Below, piece after piece: positions 1-12,469 of a stretch of DNA of 20,694 bases. How positions within the stretch are numbered: position 1 is the first letter of the stretch; each line of letters opens with the position of its first letter. The translations under genes and the position numbers were made by a program. A model generated the notes under the pieces. It was not told the DNA's origin. It saw nothing but the letters and a program-made list of their open reading frames with translations, and searched no databases. This DNA is from Reclinomonas americana ATCC 50394 (taxonomy: Eukaryota), in assembly GCA_048213135.1 (NCBI GenBank), contig PS015059.1, positions 212,511 through 233,204 on the forward strand, given 5' to 3'.

Positions 1-518
1 AGTGGAGTGGTGGTGCGAGAGCCGCCAGTGGCCGTGGCCACGGCGCGGAAGGCGTACGCCGAGGCAGCACTCAGACCCGACACTGTCACACTCTTGGTGG
101 TGACTCCAGTGCCGCTCAGCACCGAGCCAGCCACCGGCACCGATGTTCCCATACCCAACTGCAGCAGCGCATCCGATGCCGCATACTCGAACGCCAGCGT
201 CACGTCAGGCCCATCCAGTGCGTCGACATCCGCACTAAGCAACACCGATGTGGCGCGTATGGTCGATGCAGCCTGCAGTACCACCGACGGCAACTGCGTC
301 GTGTGGCGCACCTCAAAGGCGGCGGCAGTCGGCGTGATGTTGGCCACCGTGGCCACCAAGCGCACCGTGTACGACGTGTTGACGGCGAGGCCGCTCACAT
401 TCGCACTCACGTCCATCGGCATGGCAGTGATCAGTGGACTGGGAGAGGCCGGTACGGTGACCGCGGTACCCGCACCCATGGCTGTCGCGTAGTACTCGAA
501 CGACAGACTGACCGAGTC
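1..518 (-). CDS. Continuation of the giant exon beyond the 20-N gap: FN3-like repeats 9 (second part) and 10, open at the window edge
   Basis: The frame starting at 518 reads DSVSLSFEYYATAMGAG...VSGLAVNTSYTVRLVATV...PSVVLQAASTIRATSVLLSADV...LAFEY...VSGLSAASAYAFRAVAT with no stop down to position 1. The ORF track misses it because the 20-N placeholder shifts the frame. Confidence 0.9.
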
Positions 519-3500
519 NNNNNNNNNNNNNNNNNNNNGGAACCGTTGCCAGTCACACTGCCGTTCAACGTGAACGACGAGCTGGTGACGGCGGTGGCGG
601 CTGTGTTGGCCACGGTCGGACGTGCCAGGGTGGTGAATGACTGCACTGGCGCAGTGGCCGTACCAGTGGCCACATCACGCAGTTGGTAATAGTAGGTCGT
701 CGACGGTTGCAGGTTGACCAGAGCCACCGTCAGATTGGTGACTACCATGCCGCTGGCGGTGGGCGGCGAGGCGGCCACCGCCGTGCCATTGCCACCGGAC
801 ACATCAGCAGCGCTAACACTGGAGTAGTCGAAGAACAGCGTGCACGAGCCGTTATTGGGATTGACGGTGCCCAGGAGGGTGGTCGAGCCGGCCAGCACAT
901 TGCTTGTGCCGGTGACGGCCAGTGTTGGTGTCGACAATGTCGAAGCGCTGATGAGGGCGCCGTACAACTCGCGTTGCGTTGGACACTGCACGACGGCTCG
1001 GAACCACACCGTGGCACCAGCACTTAGTCCAGTAAGAGCTGCCGTGAACGGCGTGGTGCCAGTGACGGTGGCGGGAGTGGCCGATGCGGTGGAATAGCTC
1101 GCCGGCGCCGTCGGAGGCGTCAGTGAGCGAATGGTGCTCGTGCCAATGTCGGCAGCAAACAACAGCGGTTGCGTGGTGCTACTGGGAATGAGAACCAGAC
1201 CCTGGAGATTGGTGAAGCGCGCCGTGGTCACCGAGGAACCATCTGTGGAGCCCGTCGATCCGTGCACACCGGCCACGGTTGACACGCTGCCGGTACGCGT
1301 GACACGACGCACGGTGGTGCCACAGGCAACGTACAAGAGGCTGGCGTACCCATCGAACGTCATTTGCGAGGGATTGTTGAAGGTGGCCGCTGTCGCCGTA
1401 CCATCTGCACCGCCTGCCACACCTTGCTGGCCAGCCAGTACATCCGACTGGCCGCTGGCCAGATCCACCCATCGAATGACCTGGTTGACCGAGTCGGCCA
1501 CATACAGACGCCTGGAGGCGGCATCGAGCGCCACACCCTGTGGAGTGTTGAACTGCGGCGTTGCACCCACAACAAAACCGGCGCTGTCGGCCTGACCGCT
1601 GACAGTGCGCACGGCGCCGAGAGCGGTGACGCTGCGTACTGTGTGTGCAGCTGCGTCAACAAGGAACGCCAATCCGAAACCATCGGCGACAATCGCCGTC
1701 GGCTGTCGGAAGGTGGCATACGCACCGGTGCCGTCGGCCACACCGACAGCACTCGGCCGTCCAGCCACCGTACGCACTGCACCCGAGCTCAGATCGACAA
1801 GGCACACTCGCGCGTTGCCCGTGTCGGCCACCCACAGCGAGTTGGACGATGCGTCGTACGCCACTCCCTTCGGTGTGTTGAAGCGCGCCACAGCCGCTGC
1901 GCCATCGGCACGACTTGCCGTTCCCAGCTCGCCCGCCAGGGTCGTCACTGGGATCTGTGCCGTGTCAATCGCCAACTTGCGAATGGTGTGAGTACCACTG
2001 TCGGCCACATAAACGGCACGCTGGCCGCTGGTGGGTACCGCGGCGAGGCCCCACGGATTGGTGAATGTGGCGGTGAGACCGCTGGTGCCGTTACCGTTGC
2101 TGAGGCCGGCGGTGCTCGTCTGTCCGGCCACCAGAGCTGTGGTGTAGTCGAGAGCGGCACGCGAGCCAACAGCGTACTGGAACGAGGCCGACACCGCACC
2201 GGAGCAAGTGTTGGCCACACCCGAGCCCTGCAACGTCATGTCCGTGAACGACACCGCCGAGGCGCCAGTGGTGGTGGCGGTCGGCACCAGTGGCAGAGTG
2301 ACGTCTTGCACTGCGGTGACCGTGACGGGCGCACCGGAGCGGGCGGCCGTCACCAAGAACGAGTACGTGGCACCCGGAGCAAGATCAGCCACCGACGCAC
2401 TCACTGCTGTTGCCGTGTCGCCGACTGACGGCGAGCTGACCGTCAAGGCGCGCGCTCCGCTGCCCTGCATCCACACTCGTCGCACCGACTGTGTACCTGA
2501 CACGAGCAGGGTGCCGTCGGCCATGACTGCCACATCCTCTGCACCAGACCATGCGTCGGTGCCGGTTGTCGACGCCAGTGGACCGTCGGTCTGCGCACTG
2601 TACAACGTGGTGGTTTCACCGATGCCCGCCGTCAGCAGTCGCACGCCATTCGCGTCGGCAACATACACTGTGCCGCGTGAGCCGTCAACAGCAACGCCGC
2701 GTGGCGTAACAAAGCGTGCAGAGGGGCCCGTGGAGCCGTCGGTGAGAGAACCGGCAGCGGTGCTGGATCCAGCCAGCGTGGCGCTCACGCCTTGAGGATT
2801 GGAGATGATGCGCACCACAGCTCCGGCAGTGTTCGTGTCCTCGGTGGCCACCAACAGGCCCGTCACCGAGTCCACAGCCACACTCCACAGAGTGCCGTAC
2901 TGAGCGACAGTCGCAATGCCGTCGGCGAACTGTGTGGCGCCGCGCACACCGCTAATTTGCGTGATTGCTCCAGAGGCGACAGTGATCTGCCGAATGCCGT
3001 TCGTGCCACTGACCAGCACGGCGGTGCCACCGGCCGCAGTTACCACGCAGTCTGTAATCGTGTCCGCACCGGGATCGACCCAAATGGTGGTCACAACGCC
3101 CGCCATGGTCACTCGCCGCAATGCGTGATTCCCGCTGTCGGCCACAAACACGTCGGTGCCGACCTTGTTCTGGCACAAACCACGCGGTTGAGAGAAGCGC
3201 GCCGTGGCGCCGGTGCCGTTGGTCAGATTAGCTATGGTGAGTGAGCCGGCCAGAATCGTCAGTGTGCCGTCGGTTGCCAGTTGGCGCACCACGTGATTGT
3301 TCATCTCGGTGAATAGCACAGCGCCGCTACTATGTGCCAGCACGCCGGCCACACGATTGAGACGTGCATTGTACGGCGCGGCATCGTCCACTGCGCCAGA
3401 GGCAGACACGGAGCCGGCCACCGTCGACACTTGCGGGTACAGCATGCTCTTGTCGAACGCCACGTACACAGACACGCTTGCCGTCGCACCGCTTGCGCCA

Positions 3501-6500
3501 GCCTGCGCTGTAGTTGACACCGTAAAGCCAGTGACCGAAACGGAGGTGGAGGCCGTAGCGGAGAGCACAGCCGACGCCTTGGGTGCGTAGAACAAGCCTA
3601 CCGGTCCAGCCGCCTGGCGGCTGCTGACAGGTTCGGCTGTGTCTCGCAACATGGGAATGTAGTAGTAGACGGAGCCGGGCTGCACCACCGCCGTGCTGGC
3701 ATAACTGTATTGCTTGCTCACCGCCACGGACGACGTGCTGGTAACCGGTGCACTGTTCACGGCGGCGGACAGCGTCTCCGTGGTGACACCATTGTCGGAG
3801 TACGCGGCACGCAGAAGTCGGCGAATCGTGCCCGCCGAGTGCTCGGTCACGTAGACGGCGGAGAGCACGGCCGAAATGTTGGTGGGCGACACGAAGCGAC
3901 CGCCGCCAACACCGTCGGTGGAGATGGCGGTTCCCGGTTCGTTCACGCCGGCCAGCAAGCGCGAAACGCCCCGCGTCTCAATCGCACGAATCGTGTGGCA
4001 CGTGGTGTCGGCCGTCAGCACCCACGGTGACATGGTCGAACGGAACGAGTCCACCGCCAAGCCAGTGATGCCACCGGAGAAGCGCGCGTTGGCATTCAAC
4101 AGTGGCGTCGTATCGTTTTGACACTGCGCAGTTCCACTGGCACCGGCAACCGTGTACACCAGTCCGCCTGTGCTCACCGCACGAATCGAAGCCGCTGCGG
4201 AGGCCACGTACACAGCTGCCATTGGCGGGTACGCAGCGAAATAGTCAAGACCGATCGGGGACGTGAAGCGTGCCAGATCACGAATGTCGTCAACGTTGCC
4301 GGGTGCGCCGAACAGGCCGGCGAGAAGGACTACGGTCGTCGGCGCAGCCAAGGTGATTTCTCGAATGACATGGTTGCCGGTGTCGGCCACATACAGCAGA
4401 GAGCCGTCACTATTCGTCACGACGTCAGAGGGAGTGGAGAAACCGACATCGGTGTCGCTGCAGACGCCATCTGCTGCGAGCGCCGCTCCAGTACCGCACA
4501 GAGTCGTGACAGTGGGGCCCGACAGCAGCACCTGCCGGACAGCATGATTGCCGGCGTCCGCCACATACAGCAGAGACTCGTCAGGCGACAGCGCCAGACC
4601 GCGCGGCCCATTGAAACGGGCCGGCGAATCCGTAAATGGGGTGTTCGTCGCACTCTGACCAGCCACCAAGCTCACCACACCGCCCGACGACATGCTTCGG
4701 ATGGTGTGATCGGCCTCGTTCGAGAAGTACAGAGTACTACCGCCTGTGACCGCGATGCCCCACGGCTGCCCGAGCGAGCTGCCAATGGTGTCGACCTGGT
4801 CGAGAAACGCATGCGGATCCTTGGAGACTTGAAGGAAAACGTCAAATGGCGCACTCGCGCTCGAAGCCGTCGCAGACAGGTCGACCTGAAAGTCTGTGCT
4901 GGTCGGAAACGTGACCTGCACGTTGGCCACAGTGCCAGGACTGCGCGTGGTGAATGATTGCACCGTGGTAATGACAGGAAGGTAGCCGACACCGGTGCCC
5001 CGGATGCTGAAATAGTACGTGGTGTTGGCGTCGAGACCGTGCGTCTGTGCGCTGAGGGATATTGTCTTCGCAGTGTTGGTGACGCCCGTCACTGCCGGCA
5101 ATGGTGTCGTAAAGCCCTCGGCCCGCAGGGGACGGATAGCCGTGATGCGACTGGCAAAGGGATTGGCGTAAACCACGCCATCCCGGTCGACGGCCAAGCT
5201 GTCGACAAAGTAGTAATCGAAGTCGTCATTGGCGGAGATAATCGGCTCGAGTGTCACCGCATCCAATCGCAACAACGTGATACCGGCAGCTGCAAAATAG
5301 AGATTGTTGCTGTTGGATGGGTCAATAACAACAGCTGAGGGCTGAAGGGCAGCGGGAAGCTGTGCTCCGCCGGGAAGCGTAATCGTTTGGAACGGATCAC
5401 CAGCAAACACCGTCGTCACTGTGTACGGAGCGTTGATCGTCATCCGTCGAATGGCATAATTCTGCGAGTCTGCAATGTACACGTAGGAACCCGACACCGT
5501 CAGACCCAACGGATTCAGGAAATGAGCACTGGTGCCATCGCCATCGAGGAGTCCCGGCTCCCCATCGTTACCGGCGATCACCTGACTTGTATTCCCCTGA
5601 ACGTCCACCAAGCGCACGCTGTGCCCCCTAGTCATGTACAAGAGGCCTGTAGTGTCGTCCAGCGCGAGACCCATGCAGCCGGAAAAGATATTAATAGGTA
5701 CCGTGATCACCAAATTCGCCGACGCCGACGGCGACGGGTTTACCACTCGCAAATAAGTGCTGTTGTTGTCGGCAACATACAGAACCTTCTGACTTGCACT
5801 CCACGCCACTCCACCAACGATGCTTCCGATTTGCGCCACGGATGCGTCGCCATCTTGCAAGCCACACCCAGCCGACCCAACCAGCGTCACCAGCTGACCG
5901 CCACTGGTCAACTTGCGCACCGAACAGCCAGGGGTCGACCCCGCAAAGTACAGCGTCTGACTCTCAACGTCCATGGAGAGGCGGACAATGGTCTCCGTGT
6001 TCGCGACTGTGCGCACTCGCCGTTGCAGCAGGTTGGTTGCATCACGCGACCACAACGCCTGCAGTTGAACGCCCGAGGGCCATGCCTGCGCGTTTGCCGT
6101 GAAATTAATGTCCACTGCCGTCGTTCCCGTCACCGCGACGTTGATGTTGGTGATAGTCGGCGGATCAAACAATGTGATAAAGTAGTTGGCGCCGGAATCG
6201 AACGGCGAGATCAGGGTGGGAAGAGTGGAGCCGGCGGCCGCTGACACAGCACGGAGGCGCACAAAGCGCTTGTTGCCAGGCGTCAGGCCGGTTACCGTGG
6301 CCGTAAATGTCTGCACTGGGTTGGCCGGACCGAACGTCGTCGCCACGGTGGTGATGGCAGCAGTGTCCTTGATGGGCTTGTAGATGTAGATGGCGTGCGT
6401 AGTCGAGCTGACGTACACAAAGGCCAGTGGTCGGAAGGGAGCCACAGTGGTGAGGACGGCAAGGGCGTCGGCGGGGATACCGGCTCCGGGGATTGGCATC

Positions 6501-9500
6501 ACTGACTCGACCACGGATTCGGCGAGGCGAATGCGGCGAATTGTGGGGAGTTCCCGGTGCTGCACGAGAGGGAAAGTGGTGGGTGGGGAGAGGAAGGGGG
6601 GAGAAGGGGGGAGAAGGGGGAAGGGGAAGGGGAGGAGGGGGAAGGGGAAGGGGAGAAGGGAGAAGGAGAGAGGGGAGGAGAAAGGGGAAGGGGAAGGAGG
6701 AGAAAGGGGAGGAGAAGGGGAAGGAGGAAAAAGGGGAGGAGAAGGGGAAGGAGGAGAAAGGGGAGGAGAAGGGGGAAGGAGGGAATTTAATGTGAGAACA
6801 GTGGAGCAAGAGAGAAAGGTGAACAAACAATCACAACCCAAACACGGAAATCGCCACTACACAAGCAGGAAGAAGGATACACGGCACGGACGCGACACAA
6901 TAGAACAACAACAGCGGATCTGTCTGTCACAACAAACACACTCCTTCCCACTCACCGTGACATACAACGTGCCGTCGCCGCCGCACACAATTCCATTCAT
7001 AGTCGGCATGAACGCGGCGAAGCCGAACGGTCCATCGCCATTACCAGCTCCGTCGTTCACACTGATGAGACTGGTCACTTCTCCGGTGGGCGTCAGTCGC
7101 CGAATCAGGCCACCAGCAGGAGTAGAATTCGTCTGATCAGTGAAGTACAAGTTGCCGTCGGGACACACAGTCATGGCCATAATGTGGCGCATTTGCGCGC
7201 TCTTGCCGACGCCGTCAGTCGTAGCGATCAGCGGATCTGCGGAGCCAGCCACACGATCCCACAGTGCCATCTGTTTCGCAGTTACAGGGTACATGTCGCT
7301 GATGTTGAAGTCGAGGGTGAGGCGAAAGATGCTGAAGTTGTCCAGGTTGCCTTTGGAGCTGTAGTAGATGGCGCACGTGGTCGGGTCCACAGCCAATGCT
7401 GTTGCTGTGTCGAAGCTGAAAGACGAACTGGTGACTCCGACATCATCCGAGTCGATACCGGGATTAATAGAGTTAATGATGGTCGTAGTTGTCATCGTCG
7501 GCAAGTCCACCCAGCGGAAGGCATGGTTGCCGGAGTCTGCTCGGAGAACATCGGTGAGGAACAGTGAGCAGAGGGGAAAGGGGAGTGTGTGTGTGTAAAG
7601 GAGGGAGAGAGAAGGAGGGAGAGTGCCACGATAGCGCGATGTTTGTGTGCGAGACGTTGGAAAAGAGTAACATCACTCAAGCATCAGAGAGAAAAGGAAG
7701 AGGTGCATGTGAGGAGGGTGTTGTTCGTTGCAGACGCGACGGACGACGTCGAGAGACGAAGAAAGAGTAAGGATGTCCTAGAAGGAGCAGCAGTGAACTC
7801 CAGTGAAAGGACACACATATACATGATGACAGATAGACAGAGATCGCGCGAAAATGGGCAAGACATGTGAATCACAGAGTGCTGCCGACAAGATGAGACA
7901 AGAGCGAGACAACTGAAGAGACAGAGAGCCAGTGACAAGAGAGAATCTTGACGCACCGACAACAACCAGTGCCTGCTTCAGCGGGCAGTAGCCAAGTGCA
8001 GTAGGAAAATTGAACCTGGGTGGATTTCCAGAGTTGGAATCCAAGTAGTCGGGACCCATTGTCGGATCGCCAACCAACACCGTGGCGGTATACTGACTGG
8101 ACCCTGGCGCTGTCGGTGCCAGCTGGCGGATGCAGTGGGTGTCGGTCTGGGTGGAAACAAACAGTGAGTGGAGACTGGGAGGCGAAGAAAAGAGAAGTAG
8201 ACAGACGAATGCCCTCAAAACACCCTCAGTGCAGGAATACGACAGAGAAGCGAGATCAGAGAAACATGAGATCATCCGCAAAAGGCAGGTCATACCAAGA
8301 AAGGGCTATCAAGAGAGAACCACCAATTCATCCCTCCCACGCAACATCAGTCACGTAGATGCTCATCGGCCCGCTGTAGTTTGCGGACAAGGCTTGATAC
8401 GGCGCCGCGCCTACCACAATACCGGTCGGGGTGCTGTGCTTGCCAGTGCCGGCAACACCGTTGTCGTAACCCTGCATGCTGGGCGTACCGGAGAACAGCG
8501 CATGGGTATAGTCAAAGTCGGCTGCCGACTCAGCTAACTCGAGCAGGACATTCAACGATTCGACTGCGTTGTTGACGTGGCCGGTGATGACAGCGCCGGT
8601 GTTGGACGTTTGCACATCGTCGTACGGATTGTACTCGAAGTACGGCTTGCCCAACGTCGTAAAGGTCGACACGGGCGTGTTCGAAAACTGAACTGGCTGT
8701 GTGGCGGCGTCATTCTGTGTGTAACCCGTCACTGGCATTCGCACAATTAGCATTCGGTATGTGTAGGCAGTGGCTGGCCACAACGCGGTGGCGGCGACAT
8801 TGAGTGTGTTGACACTGGACATGTCGTTGAGTGCCACTGGGGCCGTCATTGGCAACACCGGGAAAGAAATACGTCGGATCAGGTGGTTGAAGGTCTGTGG
8901 TGCACCAGTGCGGCAATGAGGGAAGAGGAGGGAAGAGAAGAATATCGATACGCATCTCTCACACACTCACAAACATGCACATACACACACGCGCACACTC
9001 TTTCTCTCGCTCACTCTCACATACACACAAGAATCCAACTCACATCGGCAATCCACAGCGAATTGGTGTCATCGTCGCAGTACATGCCGATTCCGTTGCT
9101 GATGAGAGCTTGCGATATGCCAGGTCCGTCGGTCGTGCCACCATTACTGTAGGTGCCGGCAATAGTCCGGATATACACATTGTTGATCGCAAATTCCACC
9201 TCACGCACAGTGTAAAAATCAAGGAAGAACATTCGACCGCTCTTCTTGCAGACGGTGATGCCGAAAGGCGACTCGACGCCAGCGGTGCTTGAATTACCGT
9301 CCACGTAGGTGTTTCGTGAGCGAGCACCGGCAACCGTTGATACAGTCTTGGTCCACGGATTGATGACGCGGATAGTGTGGTTGAGTAATTCCGTAACGTA
9401 CACCTTGCCCGCAGCGTCGACAGCAATGCCCACCGGTGAATCGAACAGTGCTGACGATGCGGGGCCGTCGTTGAATGCACCGCCGGAAGGACTGCCTGCA

Positions 9501-12395
9501 AATGTTCGCACGTAGCCTGCGAGTGGGAAGGGAGGAAGGGAGCAGAGAGGGGATTAGCAATGAGTGATATGAATAATTCAAGCAGATAACACTGAAGACG
9601 GAATCGGAGAAAGACGAGATGAAAAGGAGGAGGGGGAACAGGAGCTCTCGAAAGTCGACAGTGAAGAAGACTAAGACGACGACATCTGCGAAGGCGGGCC
9701 GAATGAGGCAGACGAGCAACGAGAAACACGACGGAGCTTTGTGGAGATGAGAAGAGAAACAAGAGACGCAAACAACAATAACCAACCGATATGTTATTGA
9801 TGTGCAAGAAGAAAAAGGTGCCGCCAGAAAGCTGCTCACGCAGAATAGGAAGACACTCACTAAAGCAAGCCCACCCCAACCTGCTGCACTCACCAGAGGC
9901 AGTATCGTAGATGCGAATCGTGTGCAACGCAGAGTCAGCGATCCACAGCCATCCTCGCCTGCTGTCAAAAGCAATAGCCTGCGGCTTGTAGAACCGCGCG
10001 TCAGTTCCGAAACCGTCAATGTTCGCGTGGACACCACCGTCGAGGGCCGAGCGGCCAGCGACAGTCGTGAGAGAATCCGATCCAAACATTAGGTGGAGGA
10101 GACCAAATTTAAAACGCCGGATCGTCGAGTTGTCACTGTCGGCAATATACACGTCCATGGAGACCGGGTCCATCGCCAGTGAAAATGGCGAGAAGAACCG
10201 CATGGGACTGTCCGTGGAACCCGGAATGCCTGCCGCCCCGAACTGATACGTACTTGCTCCCCATTCCTGGTACACCGTGAGAGTGTGCTTGCCGTAATTC
10301 AAGATGAACAGAAACAGTCCAAACAAATCGTGATGATAGGATACCACACTCGACGGCGTGTACAAGCCATCGCTCACAGGGTCGGGGATACCCAGACCGG
10401 CACCGTCAACTGCACCCAGAAACCGACTGACATTCGGCTCGAGATACTCGGCACTAACAGCATACTGAAACGCCGCTCCCATGGCCGACGTGGCACCGAG
10501 GGTTGTTGCGGTACCGTGTAGCGTTGCGCTTGTAGCAGCGAGGTCGGTGGCGGCCGACGTGGTTAACACTGGGAGAAAAGCAGTGGTGCAAGTGGCCGGC
10601 GATGTCGAACGCATAATGACATTGTCACTACTTGAAACCACCCGGAAATAAACGCGGTACGTGGAGGCTGGGGCCAAGTTGAGAATGCGCACTGTTAGGG
10701 GCGTTCCGGGTGATGGAAATACGAGTACAGGCATCAATGGTCGGCGAGGAAGCGAGGCGACGCGAATGATCTGTTGGGGTGGAGTGGAAGGGTGGGTGAC
10801 AGAAAAGGGGGGAAGAAGGAGGAAGGAGAGGGAAGGAGAGGGAAGGAGGAAGCGAGGGGAAGGGAAAGACGGAAGAGGCGTGACGGAAGAGGGGAGAGTG
10901 GAGGGGGAAGGAGTGAGAGAAGGAGGGGAAGGAGAGAAAGAAGTAAGGGAAGGGGAAGGGAAGAGGAAGGGACAAGAGGCGCGACGCAAGGCGGAAGAGG
11001 GCAGAGACAAAATACGAGGAGGAAAGGAAGTAGAGACTGTAAGTCCTCTGAGTAGCGGGGAGAGAGATGTCAGAAGAGACAGGCCACATGATAGAAAAAA
11101 ACAAAGGGCAACAACAATGAAAAGCCCCAACAAGGAGAGAGAACAAAGAAGGGGAGATGCGACAAGCCAATCCCCATTGCGCCACTGCACTCACATTCGC
11201 CACATCGTCAACAATGTAGACTAGCTGCTTGTTCTTGGAGAACGTAATGTCGGCGGGACTAGAGAATGTCGCAAAGCTGCCCACACCGTCATCGTTGGAG
11301 TTGACGCCCACGCGACCCGCGACAACCGTGCTCGATCCGTACAGCGTCACCTCGCGAATCACGCGTGCTGTCCTGTCAGCCACAAGCAGATACGTCTGCT
11401 GTCGCTCGCCATTGTTCGTAATAAAGGCAACACCCGAAGGATATTGGAACCGTGCGCCGGTACCAGTACCGTCTTGGGTCGACGCAGCGGCAGTCGGGTC
11501 ACCGGCAATGGTGTCCACTCTATAGGACTCGGGCCCAAAACCGTCGTCGTTTAACTTGCGCACAACCCGTGAAACGGGATCCGTCATAAATATCCAGTTA
11601 AATTGATCAAGGCCTCCGTACGCCAAGCGGCCCGGTGACGTGAACTGCGCCAGAGTCCCAGTACCTAGCGTCGCGTAGCCATCCGTATTACCAGGTACAT
11701 TTGGCTGGCCATATTGTGTTATCGTGGGGTAAGCGAGATGCACGCTGAGATCGATACGTCGAATGACGTTGTTTCCGGTATCGGAGACGAACAGGAAGTA
11801 GCTATAAGGATCGGTAGCCACACTCGTCACCGACGACGAAAACGTTGCCACATTCCCATTTCCGTTAACAGGGGGCGAAGGACTCGGGCAAACCGTCGGA
11901 TTGCCAGCAAAGTGGGTAATCGTGTTGCCGACAATTTTGCTCACCGAGCACGAAGCCTGCGCCCCGCAACACACAATCGCTCAGTGAGCGAACAAGATCG
12001 CATAATGACAACAAGCAACTGCAGAACATCGACACGCAACATCGCCCACATACACAATCATTGGCCATCCGTCGCGATTGGCGGTAACTGCGGCAGGCGA
12101 TTTCAGTTGACCGACACCAACGCCGCCGTCTGCGTATCCGGGGGAGCCAACGGTGCCGGCGAGGGTTGACACCTCGCCGGTGTCATCCATGATGCGGATG
12201 ACATGATTACCGCTGTAATGGATAGGCAAAGGAGAATGAGAAAGCGGAGAAGGAGTGTGACACGCAGAAGGGGGAATACAGATGGTGATGGAGCGAAGCA
12301 AGCTGCAAGAGAAGAAGCAGACAGACAGAGAAATTATGAGGAACACTCTGAGATAGGAAGAGGGGGATTGAAAAGGAGAGACAGAATTGGGACAG

Positions 12396-12469
<74 letters not shown>

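Noticed and set aside
431-518. C-terminus TRSVCRSSTTRQ...LPVH* of ORF 431..6841
   Set aside because: Wrong frame caused by the 20-N placeholder; the real frame continues to the window edge.
7-6383. Numerous + strand and alternative-frame ORFs (e.g. 7..492, 1364..2428, 4118..4957, 5387..6244)
   Set aside because: Antisense or frame shadows of the GC-rich giant exon, with no independent domain signal.
6560-6841. Pro/Ser-rich N-terminus of ORF 431..6841, and similar segments of ORFs 9040..11190 and 12207..13310
   Set aside because: These are translations of intronic polypyrimidine tracts bounded by good splice sites.
11981-11983. In-frame TGA between two coding segments (possible selenocysteine or readthrough)
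   Set aside because: It lies in an 84-nt GT..AG intron with a branch-like CTCAC, and removing the intron restores NHL spacing.
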